NCBI RefSeq assembly: GCF_006345805.1
Contig: NW_021835516.1
Coordinates: forward strand, 1-39,793
DNA: 39,793 nt
Reading direction: 5' to 3'
Source of the DNA: Octopus sinensis
Taxonomy: Eukaryota
Within the stretch, counting starts at the first letter, position 1, and the number at the start of each line of letters is the position of its first letter. Of the stretch, positions 23,106 through 34,837 are shown piece by piece. The notes beneath the pieces were generated by a model. The model was given only the letters and a program-made list of their open reading frames with translations. It was not told the origin of the DNA and searched no databases. A program made the translations under genes and the position numbers.

Positions 23106-24437
23106 TTATGTACCAACCAAATCAACCTGGATTTTAATATTTGCTTTATTTTCACCACAAAACACATCCGAGTCCTGCTCAGATTTTTTCTTCGTCTTTC
23201 CGATCGATTCCGATCGAAATTTTAGCCATTTTTTTATTAAACCATTCTTTGATTCTGTTGGAACTGTTATGGCCATTCCATTAACCGGAATTTTTGTTTT
23301 GGATTCTGAAACATTAGTACTTGTTTGAACTCTACTTGCATGAGCGTGTGGCACTTCTAAGAATCGAGTGCTTTTAACCACAGACACTGCTTCCTCTTTT
23401 TGATGCTTCTCCTTTGGAGTGTTTTGAATTTGTGCTAATGAAGGAAGAGATAATAGAGAAGGCATTCTTTTTTCGTTTACATTCACCTTTTCCGACGTTG
23501 GATCACTACTGGAGGAACCAGCCCTCCTCCGCTGCCATATTCTAGGCGGAATATTTTGAACTTTTTGTAAAGGACATCGGTTTTTAATATGAGTAGGGCG
23601 TTTTCTTCTCTGTTGACAAAGTCGCCGTACGGCCAATCGGAAACGCTTACTAACGATCGCGTAAAGGAATGGATTACAGACGCTGGACAACAGACACATC
23701 CAAGTTCCAAAGACCTCCAGATGTGATATTGAGCTACTGTTTTGGTCAGTCATTTTCACGTAAACGTAGGTGAAATAGAAAACGACGTAAGCCAAAATAG
23801 CACCCAACAATCGGATGCCTGTTCTGATGTCCCTCCGAATTCCTGGCACAGTTAGATTTATTGGAGAATAACTGTCAAGGTCACTAAAGGTGTCTTGTTC
23901 GATGTCGCTAGTGAAGGCTCCGTGAAGTTGATCTATGCCTTCGTATTCCATGTTGGTGGCAGTGGGAAAGCTGATCATTGACAACCGTCGAAGAGGATGC
24001 GCGATGGCAGTGGCGACCGGTCCTGTCATGTCTATATCGGAAAATTTTCTCGCCTGCGATTGCACGGCTGTTATGCGTGTTGCATGACAGCGTGCAACCT
24101 TGATTATTGTGATATAACAAAAAAGCATGAGAAACAGAGGGATGAAGAAGTTCAAGATGCACATGAGAACGATGTAGGCTACATTGGACCAAACGGCAAC
24201 GCAGAGGAAATTCTGTACACAATAACTGCCTACACCAAACAGCGGCATGAATGCTGAGCCAGTGGCCTGCAACCAGATCCAAGCCGTGAGACTGCCAACA
24301 TATTTGTATGCTGACCAGGAAGAATATTCTAGACAGTGGATGATGGCTGAATAACGATCAAGTGCTATGGCCACGATGGAGAGTATGGATGCGATTGAAA
24401 ACAGGTTGAAGAGAAATCCGAAGAGTTTGCATATTGT
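23106..24437 (-). CDS. Class A (rhodopsin-like) GPCR, partial: last coding exon (TM3-TM7 plus long C-tail, 443 aa); orphan, loosely GPR161/GPR101-like
   Basis: Motifs in the 500-aa ORF: C3.25 (TICKL), DRY (AIALDRY), TM4 W (AWIW), ECL2 Cys, TM5 FFIP..LFCY, long ICL3, TM7 NPFLY. The exon starts after a polypyrimidine tract plus CAG acceptor (minus strand ...ctttttttctatttcag|ACAATATGC, AG at 24439-24438), phase 0. Stop at 23106-23108. Subfamily placement is from recalled similarity only. Confidence 0.9.
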   Translation of the reverse strand, partial: TICKLFGFLFNLFSIASILSIVAIALDRYSAIIHCLEYSSWSAYKYVGSLTAWIWLQATGSAFMPLFGVGSYCVQNFLCVAVWSNVAYIVLMCILNFFIPLFLMLFCYITIIKVARCHATRITAVQSQARKFSDIDMTGPVATAIAHPLRRLSMISFPTATNMEYEGIDQLHGAFTSDIEQDTFSDLDSYSPINLTVPGIRRDIRTGIRLLGAILAYVVFYFTYVYVKMTDQNSSSISHLEVFGTWMCLLSSVCNPFLYAIVSKRFRLAVRRLCQQRRKRPTHIKNRCPLQKVQNIPPRIWQRRRAGSSSSDPTSEKVNVNEKRMPSLLSLPSLAQIQNTPKEKHQKEEAVSVVKSTRFLEVPHAHASRVQTSTNVSESKTKIPVNGMAITVPTESKNGLIKKWLKFRSESIGKTKKKSEQDSDVFCGENKANIKIQVDLVGT

Positions 24438-24759
24438 CTGAAATAGAAAAAAAGAAAAAGGAAAGATTAATAAATAATGAAGATTCGAATTAAGTAATAT
24501 GAAAATAAAGATTATCTTTACGTCACAGATTAAAAGAACAAACTTATAAAGAATCATACACTGGGAGACAAATGCATATATTATATATAATTCGTGGTAT
24601 CGTGCCAAGGAAACACATTATTGTTATATTGTTATAATATATATATATATATATAAAAATTGAGGGAGATAAATTAATATTAATTTTAATATCAATTTAA
24701 AACCAGTAGTCCAGCATTCAAAAAATCTGAGGAGTCAGAGATATAAGTAAATAAATGGA

Positions 24760-25490
24760 GTACCAGTTATGCACCTGAGTCCATGTGATCGACTTAGCCC
24801 CCCCCCACGCATTTCAGGCCTTGTGCCTATTGTAGAAAAGATTATTATAATGCGTTGAACTGGCAGAGTCGTTAGCACGCCGGGCAAAATGTTTAAAGGC
24901 ATTTCGTCCATCTCTACGATCTGAGTTCAAATTCCCCCAAGGTCAACTTTGCCTTTCATTCTTCTGGGGTCGGTAAAATAAGTACCAGTTGTGCATTGGT
25001 GTCGTTATGGTAGACTTATCTCTCCCTACCCCGAAATTTCAGGCCTTGTGCCTATAGTAGAAAGGAATATTGTAATATAAATAAAGTCGGTGGGCTGGCA
25101 GAATCGTTAGCACACCGCGCAAAATGCTTGGCCGCATATTGTCCATCTTTATGTTCTGAGTTCAAATTCCGCCGGTGCCAACTTTCCTTTTCATCCTTTC
25201 GGGGTCGATAAATTAAGTACCAGTTCCGTACTGAGGTCGATCTAATCCACTGGCCTCCTCCCCCAAAATTTCGGGCCTTGTGCCTAGAGTAGAGAAGAAT
25301 CGTTAGCATGCCGGACAAAATGCATAGCGGCAATCCGTCCGTCTTCACGTTCTGAACTGAGATTCCGCCGACGCTAACTTTTCATCCTTTCGTGGTGTAT
25401 AAAATAAGTACCAGTTGTGTACTGGGGTCGATATAATCGACTTACACCTCCTCCAAAAATTGCTGGCCTCGAACCAAAGTTTGAAACCGT
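24760..25490 (+). mobile_element. Four tandem SINE family A (A2 tail variant) copies
   Basis: Repeated core ...gagttcaaatt...ctttcatc...aagtaccag with tail cccc(g)aaatttcaggccttgtgcctatagtagaaa. Confidence 0.85.
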
Positions 25491-25739
25491 TTCAAACTAT
25501 CATTGTAATATAAACAATGAGATAAGTGAATCGTTTGGTAACTGTGGACCAAAATAAACGTTATTAGCGATTTTTTTTTCTTTTTGTAGTTGCAGACGAA
25601 GTGAACGAGGGAAAATATGAGAAACTAAATAAAACAGAAAGATCCTGATGTATAGCGATGATACCATTAGAACATTCGAGAATAAACAGAAAATTCAATT
25701 ACTTGATAAGAACGAAATGACTATTTGTGCACATGCATT

Positions 25740-25864
25740 TTTCATGGTTGTTTGTTTGTATGTGTGCGCGCGTGTGTGTGTGTGTGTGTGTATGACATTC
25801 TGCCTGCGTGTGCGTATGTGTGTGTGAATGTGTGGGTCTCAATATGCTTACATATACCTCACCA

Positions 25865-25907
<43 letters not shown>

Positions 25908-25986
25908 ATATATATATATATACATGTCTACCTCATTCTATCTCCCTCACTCTCTCTCTCTTTCTCTCTCTCTCACCGTATATATC

Positions 25987-26023
<37 letters not shown>

Positions 26024-26035
26024 CATGTATATATA

Positions 26036-26086
<51 letters not shown>

Positions 26087-26185
26087 CACATACATATGTA
26101 CATGCATTTGGATATAAATATGCGCACCACAATATACATAACCATACATGTTTTTAAATACAAATGCATGACTATACACACACAC

Positions 26186-26234
<49 letters not shown>

Positions 26235-26374
26235 CGCGTGGAAATACTGTACATGAAAGCGAGCGTTTAATTAAAGTGACATCTGAGTTAAAATATGTTA
26301 TAATAACGCACAATCTATTCTTTCTATAAACACTTGGCAACAAGAATATACCATATGTTTACTGTGTCAGTGTG

Positions 26375-26434
<60 letters not shown>

Positions 26435-26487
26435 TATGTATATGTTGTGTGTGTGTGTGTGTGTATGTATATGTATGTGTGTATGTG

Positions 26488-26546
<59 letters not shown>

Positions 26547-26566
26547 CTGTGTGTGTGTATGTATGT

Positions 26567-26597
<31 letters not shown>

Positions 26598-26680
26598 CAC
26601 ATATATATACATATATATGCATACACAACACACACACACACACACACGCATATATATATGTATATATATCTGTATGTGAG
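25740..26680. repeat. Compound (GT)n/(TATC)n/(CT)n/(TA)n/(CA)n microsatellites
   Basis: Read directly from sequence. Confidence 0.9.
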
Positions 26681-26963
26681 TGAGTCTACACTAGTAATAA
26701 CATCTCTATGTACGATTTAGATACTTGCACTTATTGATCCGTAGATATTTGGTGCTAAATGACTATAGCTATTTTAACAACTGTTAATTTAACAAATTTT
26801 TACCGTTCTCATCGACTGCCGCCACGTACACATTTACACAGATATATATCTACATATATTATGTACAGAGTATCTTACTTAAGGCAAATTACTTAATGTT
26901 TCATGTCGGGAGAAAGAAATCTGCTCTTGTGCTTAAAACTAGAAATAAATATAACGATAAATG

Positions 26964-27205
26964 TCGCCCTTTTCAAGCCTAGCCAGTGTCATGGGCCCAG
27001 TTTCCCGGTTTCTATGGTGTATGTGTTCCCCAGCTGGACGGGACGCCAGTCCATCGCAGCGTTACTCATTTTTGCCAGCTGAGTGGACTGGAGCAACGTG
27101 AAATTAAGTGTTTTGTTCAAGAACACAACGCTTCGTCCGGTCCAGGAAACGAAACCACAATCTTACGATCATGATGCTGACACCCTAACCACTAAGCCAC
27201 GCTCC
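26964..27205 (-). mobile_element. SINE family D (tRNA head, CORE-like domain, gcgatggactggcgtcccgtccag module), apparently full length
   Basis: Reverse complement: ggagcgTGGCTTAGTGGttagggtg...gtGGTTTCGTTTCCtgg...gttgtgttcttgaacaaaacactt...gcgatggactggcgtcccgtccagc...gaaaccggg. Confidence 0.85.
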
Positions 27206-27244
27206 TTCAGAAATGACACGCTATTTATATTTTTGGTCTTGTAT

Positions 27245-27479
27245 ACTCTTTTACTCTCTTTTACTCTTTTACTTGTTTCAGTCATTTGACTGTGGCCATG
27301 CTGGAGCACCGCCTTTAATCGAACAACTCGACCCCGGGACTTATTCTTTTTTGTAAGCCCAGTACATATTCTATCGGTCTCTTTTGTCGAACCGCTAAGT
27401 AACGGGGACATAAACACACCAGCATCGGTTGTCAAGCAATGCTAGGGGGACAAATACAGACACACAAACACACACACGA

Positions 27480-27546
<67 letters not shown>

Positions 27547-27717
27547 ATATATATCCGACGGGCTTCTTTCAGTTTCCGTCTAACAATCCACTCACAAGGC
27601 TTTGGTCATCTCGAGGCTATAGTAGAAGACACTTGCCCAAGGTGCAACGCAGTGGGACTGAACCCGGAACCATGTGTTTGGTAAACAAGCTACTTACCAC
27701 ACAGGCAATCCTGCGCC
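27245..27717 (-). mobile_element. SINE family B full-length copy with internal (TA)n
   Basis: Same architecture as 6065-6480. Confidence 0.9.
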
Positions 27718-27904
27718 ATATCTTGTAGAAAACTGCTTTTTCCCGTATCAATCCATCCACATGTATGTTAGAATGGTTTACAATACAACTAATTTCTAGA
27801 CAATTCGCACACCAATTAACGTTCATCAATTGTTGCCCCTGGGTCGCTCTTTTAGAGCGTTCATGCTGTTTCCATTCATGCTGAGTTGATATATTTATTT
27901 ACGT

Positions 27905-28250
27905 AATGCATACATTGTCATTCGCCCTTTCATCTCTCCCTATTTTTCTAATTCTCTCTTCCCCACCCTCTGTCTCTCTCTCTCTCCTGTCTGTAGAATC
28001 TCACTCTCAAGCCTTTCTTCATATTCTCCTATTTGTCTTTCTCTCCTTTCTCCCTAATATATGTTTCCTCTCATATTCTTTCTACTCTGCCTATTCCTCT
28101 CATTCTCTTGTTCCCCCCTCGCTCTCTCTCTGTTTTTATGCTTATTTGCATACTCTACCCACACCTTTAACGTGAACTAACCTTTATTATCACTCTTTCT
28201 TCCTCTCTCTTCCCCTCTCTCTATCAATCTCTTTATCTTATTCCAATTTA
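27905..28250. repeat. Polypyrimidine (CT-rich) low-complexity tract
   Basis: Read directly from sequence. Confidence 0.85.
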
Positions 28251-28278
28251 ATTCATTCAGTACCTTTTCCTGTCGCCC

Positions 28279-28321
<43 letters not shown>

Positions 28322-28839
28322 TTACACACACACATACACACACGCTCACTCGCACACACACACACACTCAAACACATATCTGTATATTCATATATATGTG
28401 TGTGTTTATATATATATATATACATATATATATATAAATATACATACATACACACGCATACACACAAATATATACATATATATATTCATGTGTATGCATG
28501 TATATATACGCATATATATATATATAGGTATATAATCATATATACCTGTGTATATATGTGTATATATACGTATATAGATATGTGTGTGTGCGTGTGTGTG
28601 TGAGTTTGTATACATATTTACATATATGTGTGCGGGTGGGGGCTGTATTTACACGCGCAGGCACACACCACACACATGCATACAAACACATAAACATACA
28701 TTCTACAATCATTCCTGATTGCACAAACCTGGACACAAACACAAAAGGAGCATCTAATCAATTCCCGATAGGAAAAAACAAAAACAAAAAACTATTGTCT
28801 CTTGAATTGATAACTCGGCAGTTTTGTGAACGAATCTTT

Positions 28840-29175
28840 ATCATTATCACCACTATCATCATCCTCATTATCATCATCACCATCATTATCATCGCTAACA
28901 TTGTCGCCGTCGGCATCGTCACCATCATCATCATAATCAACATCATCACCGTCAGCATTAGCATCATTATCAATGCCCTCGTTATCATCATCATCATCAT
29001 CATGACCACCATGGTCATTATCATCATCATCATCATCATCATAGTCATGGTTTTCATCGTCATCATCATCATCGTCGTCGTCGTCGTAGTCTTCGTCGTA
29101 GTCTTCATCGTCGTCATCATCATCATCATCATCACCATCAGCAGCAACCTTGTCATCGTCGTCGTCGTCGTCAGT
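28840..29175. repeat. Degenerate (ATC)n/(GTC)n trinucleotide tract
   Basis: Read directly; source of the poly-I/M/D ORFs. Confidence 0.95.
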
Positions 29176-29309
29176 ATCTACACATACACACAAGCGCTGT
29201 CAGCACGCACGTGCACATAACCTAACAATACACATAAAGAACAAAAACAAACACAACAAACCCCGAAATAATAATACACCAACTCACACCCAAATCTATA
29301 TTCTTCTAT

Positions 29310-29422
29310 TTCACACACACACACACATAGATAGATAGATAGATAGAATGATAGATAAATATACATACAAGCAAACATACATGCATACATACACACATAT
29401 ATGCATACATACATGCATACAT

Positions 29423-29465
<43 letters not shown>

Positions 29466-30065
29466 GTTGTATATTACATACGTACATGCAAACATGCATG
29501 CATACGTGCATACATAATACATATATATATATATAGATGTATATAAACATACATGCATACATACATATATGCATACATACATGCAAATACACATACATAC
29601 ATGCAAACATACAAACATAATACATACATATATAGATACATGCATACATGCATACATCCAAACATCTATATATAAATGGATAGATACATGTACATATACA
29701 TACGTACATACATACATACATATATATATAGATGCAAGTGTGCATTCATATATATTATATATATGTATAATGCATATATATACACACATACGTGTATATG
29801 TAGAGAACAGGATATCAATTCAAACAATAATGAAATTCTAATCCAAAAATCCCATGTCACATAAAAAATGTACATCCATACATATGTGTGTGTGAGAGAG
29901 AGAGAAAGGGTGAGAGAGAAAGAAAGAAGAGGGAGCGAGAGAGTACATACATATCTGTGTGCCCGTCTGTCGTATGTCTGTATACATGTGTGTGTTATGT
30001 CTATTATATATATATATATACATAAATGTATATGCACAAATTTATACATATATACACGCACATCT
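29310..30065. repeat. (CATA)n/(TA)n/(GA)n compound microsatellite
   Basis: Read directly from sequence. Confidence 0.9.
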
Positions 30066-30569
30066 AACAAAGTGCCACGAAAAATAACACCAATAATAAT
30101 GATGATGATGATGGCGGTGATGGTAGTGGTGATGATAATAATAGTAAAACGGAACGAAGGGAAATTGGGAGAAGTGTAAAAAAACGGGGGACAAAATTAC
30201 ATATGATATAAAATATATTAAACATAACAAAAATAATGAAAATAATAAAAATAGAATATATTAGAAAATTATTAACTATAACCATTAAGAAAAAAAAATG
30301 AAAAAGCCATCAAGATATGGAATGAATATTCAAATGTTTTATTTTATTTCGTTTTATTTTAGCTGTTTATTGCCACGAATATGGATTTAACGACAGAGGG
30401 CGCTGCAATAGAATGATGAACCAAAGCGAGAGAAAGGATTGAATTTAATGGAAACTTTTGGTTGTTTTTAATCTTATTTGTTTATTTATTTATTTATATT
30501 GTTTCTTTGTTTATTTCTTCTGAATAAAATAGAACGCATGCGTATGTGAGTGACAGATGTTTTGTATGT

Positions 30570-30954
30570 ATTCTGTTACTACGGCCATGCAGGAGCACCG
30601 CTTTGGACGTTTTTATGTATTTATTTTAGCCGAACTAATGGATTGCAGCGCTTATTCTATGTGAGTTGTCTTTTGTCGAAGCGCTAGATGACGGGGACAT
30701 AAACATAGTACAACTGGTTATCAACAAAAGCGGAAACAGACACCAAACATATATGCAATCACAGATTTTTACATACACACATACACACACACACACACAA
30801 CACCACACACACACACACACTGACACACACACACACACATATATGGTCCGAGGCTATAGTAGAAGACACTTACTTAAGGTGCCATGCAATGAGACTGAAC
30901 CCGGAATCATGTGTTTGGGAAGCATGTTTCTTACCGCACAGCCACTCCTGCACC
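30570..30954 (-). mobile_element. SINE family B copy with internal (CA)n and central deletion
   Basis: cggccatgcaggagcaccgc...gacggggacataaac...gaggctatagtagaagacactt...gccactcctgcacc. Confidence 0.8.
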
Positions 30955-30960
30955 TACACA

Positions 30961-30996
<36 letters not shown>

Positions 30997-31406
30997 TCAT
31001 ATATATATATATATATATACGAATTTGGAATTATTCATTGAATGCTTTTGCCAGTTTCTGCTACAGCCTCCATTGTGTGCAACACATAGCAGAAGGGTTT
31101 TAAAAGTGCGTGCTACCTGTGCCTGAAACTTTTAAAGTCAGGAAAGGCCTTGCACAGGGAAAATCTCAGTCTTTAGCAACGTAGGCATTTCTCCCCTCCC
31201 CTCAAATGAAAGAACTTGTTCGTATCATTGGATGCAGCCGAAGTCCGAAGAGAGATATCTAAAAGATGGCTGTTGATTCTCTTCAGCTCATCCGCTTTTT
31301 GACATGCTTTGCTTATTGCCATGGTCGGATGTCCTACGAAAATCAGCCTCCGCAACAAGTAGGATTTGTAGGAGTTGCCGGTTGAGTCTCCAAAGGGCCT
31401 GACCAT

Positions 31407-31636
31407 GCGAGCTGGTAGAACCGTTAGCACGCCAGGCGAAATGCGTAGCCGTATTTCGTCTGCCGTTACGTTCTGAGTTCAAATTCCGCCGAGGACGACT
31501 TTGCCTTTCATCCTTTCGGGGTCGATTAAATAAAGTACCAGTTACGCACTGGGGTCGATGTAATCGACTTAATCCGTTTGTCTGTCCTTGTTTGTCCTCT
31601 TTGTGTTTAGCCCCTTGTGGGTAGTAAAGAAATAGG
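31407..31636 (+). mobile_element. SINE family A full-length monomer (A1 tail)
   Basis: gcgagcTGGTAGAACCGTTAG...GAGTTCAAATTCC...core...ccccttgtgggtagtaaagaaatagg. Confidence 0.92.
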
Positions 31637-31714
31637 TTGTAGCTATACTGAGTTTCATGTTATCAGTAGCACTAAGAGTCACGTTACCGATGGCGAAGGT
31701 CCTAGTGGGGATAA

Positions 31715-32400
31715 TAATAATGAAAGTGGTGGTGGTGGTGGTGGTGGTGGTGGTAGTGGTGGTGGTGGTGGAGGTAGTGGTGGAAATTGCTGCGATGACA
31801 GTGATGGTGGGGCGATAGTGTTCGCGGTGATGGTAATGGTGTGGTGGCGGTGGTGGAAATGGTGGTAGTGGTGGCAATAGTGTTCGTGGTCGTGGTGATG
31901 GTGACGGTGTTGGCTTGCAGCGGTGGTGGTGATGGTGGTGAACGGTGGTGGTAGTGGGGACGGTAGCGGTGGCGGTGGTGGTGACGGCAACGGCGGCGAT
32001 GTCTTGTAATGGTCGTAGTACCGGTGGTGGCTCCTAAAGGTGGCGGCGGGGGTGTGTGCGGTGGTAGAGGCGTTGGTACAGGTGGTAGTGGCTTCAAAAA
32101 CATCTATATTCAGCACCAAAATCGATCAAAACTCGTTCGAACAACGTTGTTATGCGGGATTTAATTAGTGACGGAGATGGGCGGCGGCGGCGGTGGTGGT
32201 GGTGGTGGTGATAGTGGTGATGGGAGGGGACGGGTGGGGATTCTTGTCCCTTTTATGAATATCCCTCTTGTTTTCGCTGTTGTTGTTGTTGTTGTTGTTG
32301 TTGTTGCAGAGCTTTTGTTTTCATTTGAAATATTTTTCCTAGATTGTTGTTTATTTGATTTACGTTGTCGTTGCTGATGTTGTTGCTGTTGTTCTTGTAG
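31715..32400. repeat. Degenerate (GGT)n/(GGC)n/(GTT)n trinucleotide tracts
   Basis: Read directly from sequence. Confidence 0.92.
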
Positions 32401-32500
32401 TTGTTCACAGGCCATACATTATGTTTTTCCTGATTTAATTGCAGGCTAGCAGGGAGAAGGACTCCCTGCGTATGTGTTTGTATTGTGGATTATATACATT

Positions 32501-32542
<42 letters not shown>

Positions 32543-32548
32543 TGTACG

Positions 32549-32581
<33 letters not shown>

Positions 32582-32937
32582 ATTATTATATATATATATA
32601 TATTAATGTATATAATATATATACGTATATATATATGTATACACACATACATATATATACCTACACATATTTACATGTATATATATATATATATATATAA
32701 ATACACATATATCCATCTATATATATATACACACACATATATATACATATATATATATATGTGTGTGTGTGTGTCTTTGTGTATAATTGTGTGTGTAGGC
32801 AGGTATGCAAGTTAAAAGTACATTCATACGTGCATACGCATACATCCGTGGTGTATCTTCGTATGTTTCTCTCCCTTTCTCACTCTCTTCTCTTTTACGT
32901 GTACGCAAGAAACATACAAACATATCTGTATGAATAT

Positions 32938-32984
<47 letters not shown>

Positions 32985-33267
32985 ATATCTGCACTCATTT
33001 TTGCATGCATATATTCATACAATTATGTGCGCTATATGTCAGCTTGTATACATACATATATATATGGTGATAGATTCAGAGGGGAGAAAAAGAGAGAGAC
33101 AGAGACAGAGTGAGAGAGAGAGAGATGGGGATAGAGAAAGACAGAAAGACAGAAGGTAGTAACAATGGTATACACAGCCAACAGACTCCAAGACTAGACT
33201 GGAAAAAAGACTAACAGACACTGGTATGCATAGGAGATATACATACATTTATACAGTCATCAATACA

Positions 33268-33307
<40 letters not shown>

Positions 33308-33434
33308 TATTATATATACAATAAAAATGGTAAATAATTTTCCTGTGGTTTTTCATGTACCAACAATTATTTACCGGTAAATTTCGGTATGTAAATACGA
33401 CAAAAATAATTGTCAAGACCTTTGTAAGGTTCAG

Positions 33435-33537
33435 TATATAGTAAAGAAAAATAAGTTGGCTAGCAGCAAGCTGTTTCGCCTCATACCCTTCGGTATGAGG
33501 CGAACAGCTTGCTGCTAGCCAACTTATTTTTCTTTAC

Positions 33538-33543
<6 letters not shown>
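33435..33543. repeat. Near-perfect 109-bp palindrome (52-bp stem, 4-nt loop)
   Basis: TATATAGTAAAGAAAAATAAGTTGGCTAGCAGCAAGCTGTTTCGCCTCATACC-cttc-GGTATGAGGCGAACAGCTTGCTGCTAGCCAACTTATTTTTCTTTACTATATA; the only difference is one extra T in the left arm. Confidence 0.97.
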
Positions 33544-33570
<27 letters not shown>

Positions 33571-33632
33571 TGTGTGTGTATATATGTATACCTTCATTAG
33601 TCGTCATATATATATACTACATATAACACTCG

Positions 33633-33672
<40 letters not shown>

Positions 33673-33802
33673 ATATATATATATATATACACATGCAGAA
33701 GGAAAGAAGAGAGAGAGAGAGAAGGGGGAGAGGGAGAGAGAAACCTTTCCACTGAAGAACCTCGAAAACAATTGAAGTAACGAGTATAAGAGTAACAAGT
33801 AC

Positions 33803-33867
<65 letters not shown>

Positions 33868-33914
33868 ATGTATGTATATATATATATCTATATATCTATA
33901 TATATGTATATATG

Positions 33915-33955
<41 letters not shown>

Positions 33956-34129
33956 CACAAATAAACACAGAAGCACCTCACATACATAGGATAAGGAAAT
34001 TTAGAGAGAGAGAGAGAGAGAGAGAGAGGGGGCGGCTGGCTGGGTTTGGAGAGAGGGAAGACATTAAACGCCAGTTCCTCTTCTCTATCTACAGAAAGTC
34101 AAATCAGTCTCCATGGTTTCACTGAAGCA

Positions 34130-34260
34130 GCTTATTAATAACAACAGCAACAACAACAACAACCACAACAAGAACAACAGCAACAACAAAAACAACATGA
34201 ACAACGACAAGAACAATAACAGCATCGACAATGAGGCCATGAATAGCGGCACCAATAAAA
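34130..34260. repeat. Degenerate (AAC)n tract
   Basis: Read directly from sequence. Confidence 0.9.
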
Positions 34261-34519
34261 ACTGCATTAACGATAGTTTAAATTCAAGAGAACGAGTCGT
34301 TGAAATATGAGTGCGTACCTCGGGTTATGTTCGGCTGTACAATATCGAGGTACTTATTTTTAAAAGTTTGTCTACAATAATATAGGAGTGGAAACAATTC
34401 CCCCTTACCCTCCCCCACCCCGAGGTAATTAAAACTGCGTGTGCAGAGAATAAAGCATGCTAATTAATCAGTGTTTGGTTCGTGTCCTCGGGTGTAGTAA
34501 TACTTCGAAAATTCCTGCC

Positions 34520-34543
34520 AGTATTATTATCATTATTATTATT

Positions 34544-34585
<42 letters not shown>

Positions 34586-34719
34586 ATGATGGTGTTAGGG
34601 CGGGGGTGTTCGTGGTGGTTGGTGGTGATGGTGATGATGATGAAGAAGATGGCGGGTGTGTTGGTGATGATGGTGGTAGTGGTGGTGGTGATAATGATGA
34701 TGAAGACGACGACGACGAC

Positions 34720-34757
<38 letters not shown>

Positions 34758-34818
34758 CGATGGTGTTGGCGGTGGTGATGATGATGATGACGACGATGAC
34801 GGTGGCGGCGGTGATGAC
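34520..34818. repeat. Degenerate (GAT)n/(GGT)n/(GAC)n tract
   Basis: Read directly from sequence. Confidence 0.95.
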
Positions 34819-34837
34819 ATATTCTTCCTAACTTTGG

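Noticed and set aside
23483-24282. Overlapping ORFs 23483-23710, 23908-24282 and 23997-24257
   Set aside because: Alternative or antisense frames within the GPCR exon with no domain features.
24438-24608. First 57 codons of the 500-aa ORF as the GPCR N-terminus/TM1-2
   Set aside because: AT-rich, no GN or NLxxxD motifs, and ends in a polypyrimidine tract plus CAG acceptor; best explained as intron read-through.
31173-31482. Two short ORFs in unique DNA next to a SINE
   Set aside because: No TM or domain signature; not the missing GPCR exon.
3436-33987. Dozens of [16 protein letters not shown] ORFs
   Set aside because: Translations of (TA)n, (CA)n and (TATG)n microsatellites.
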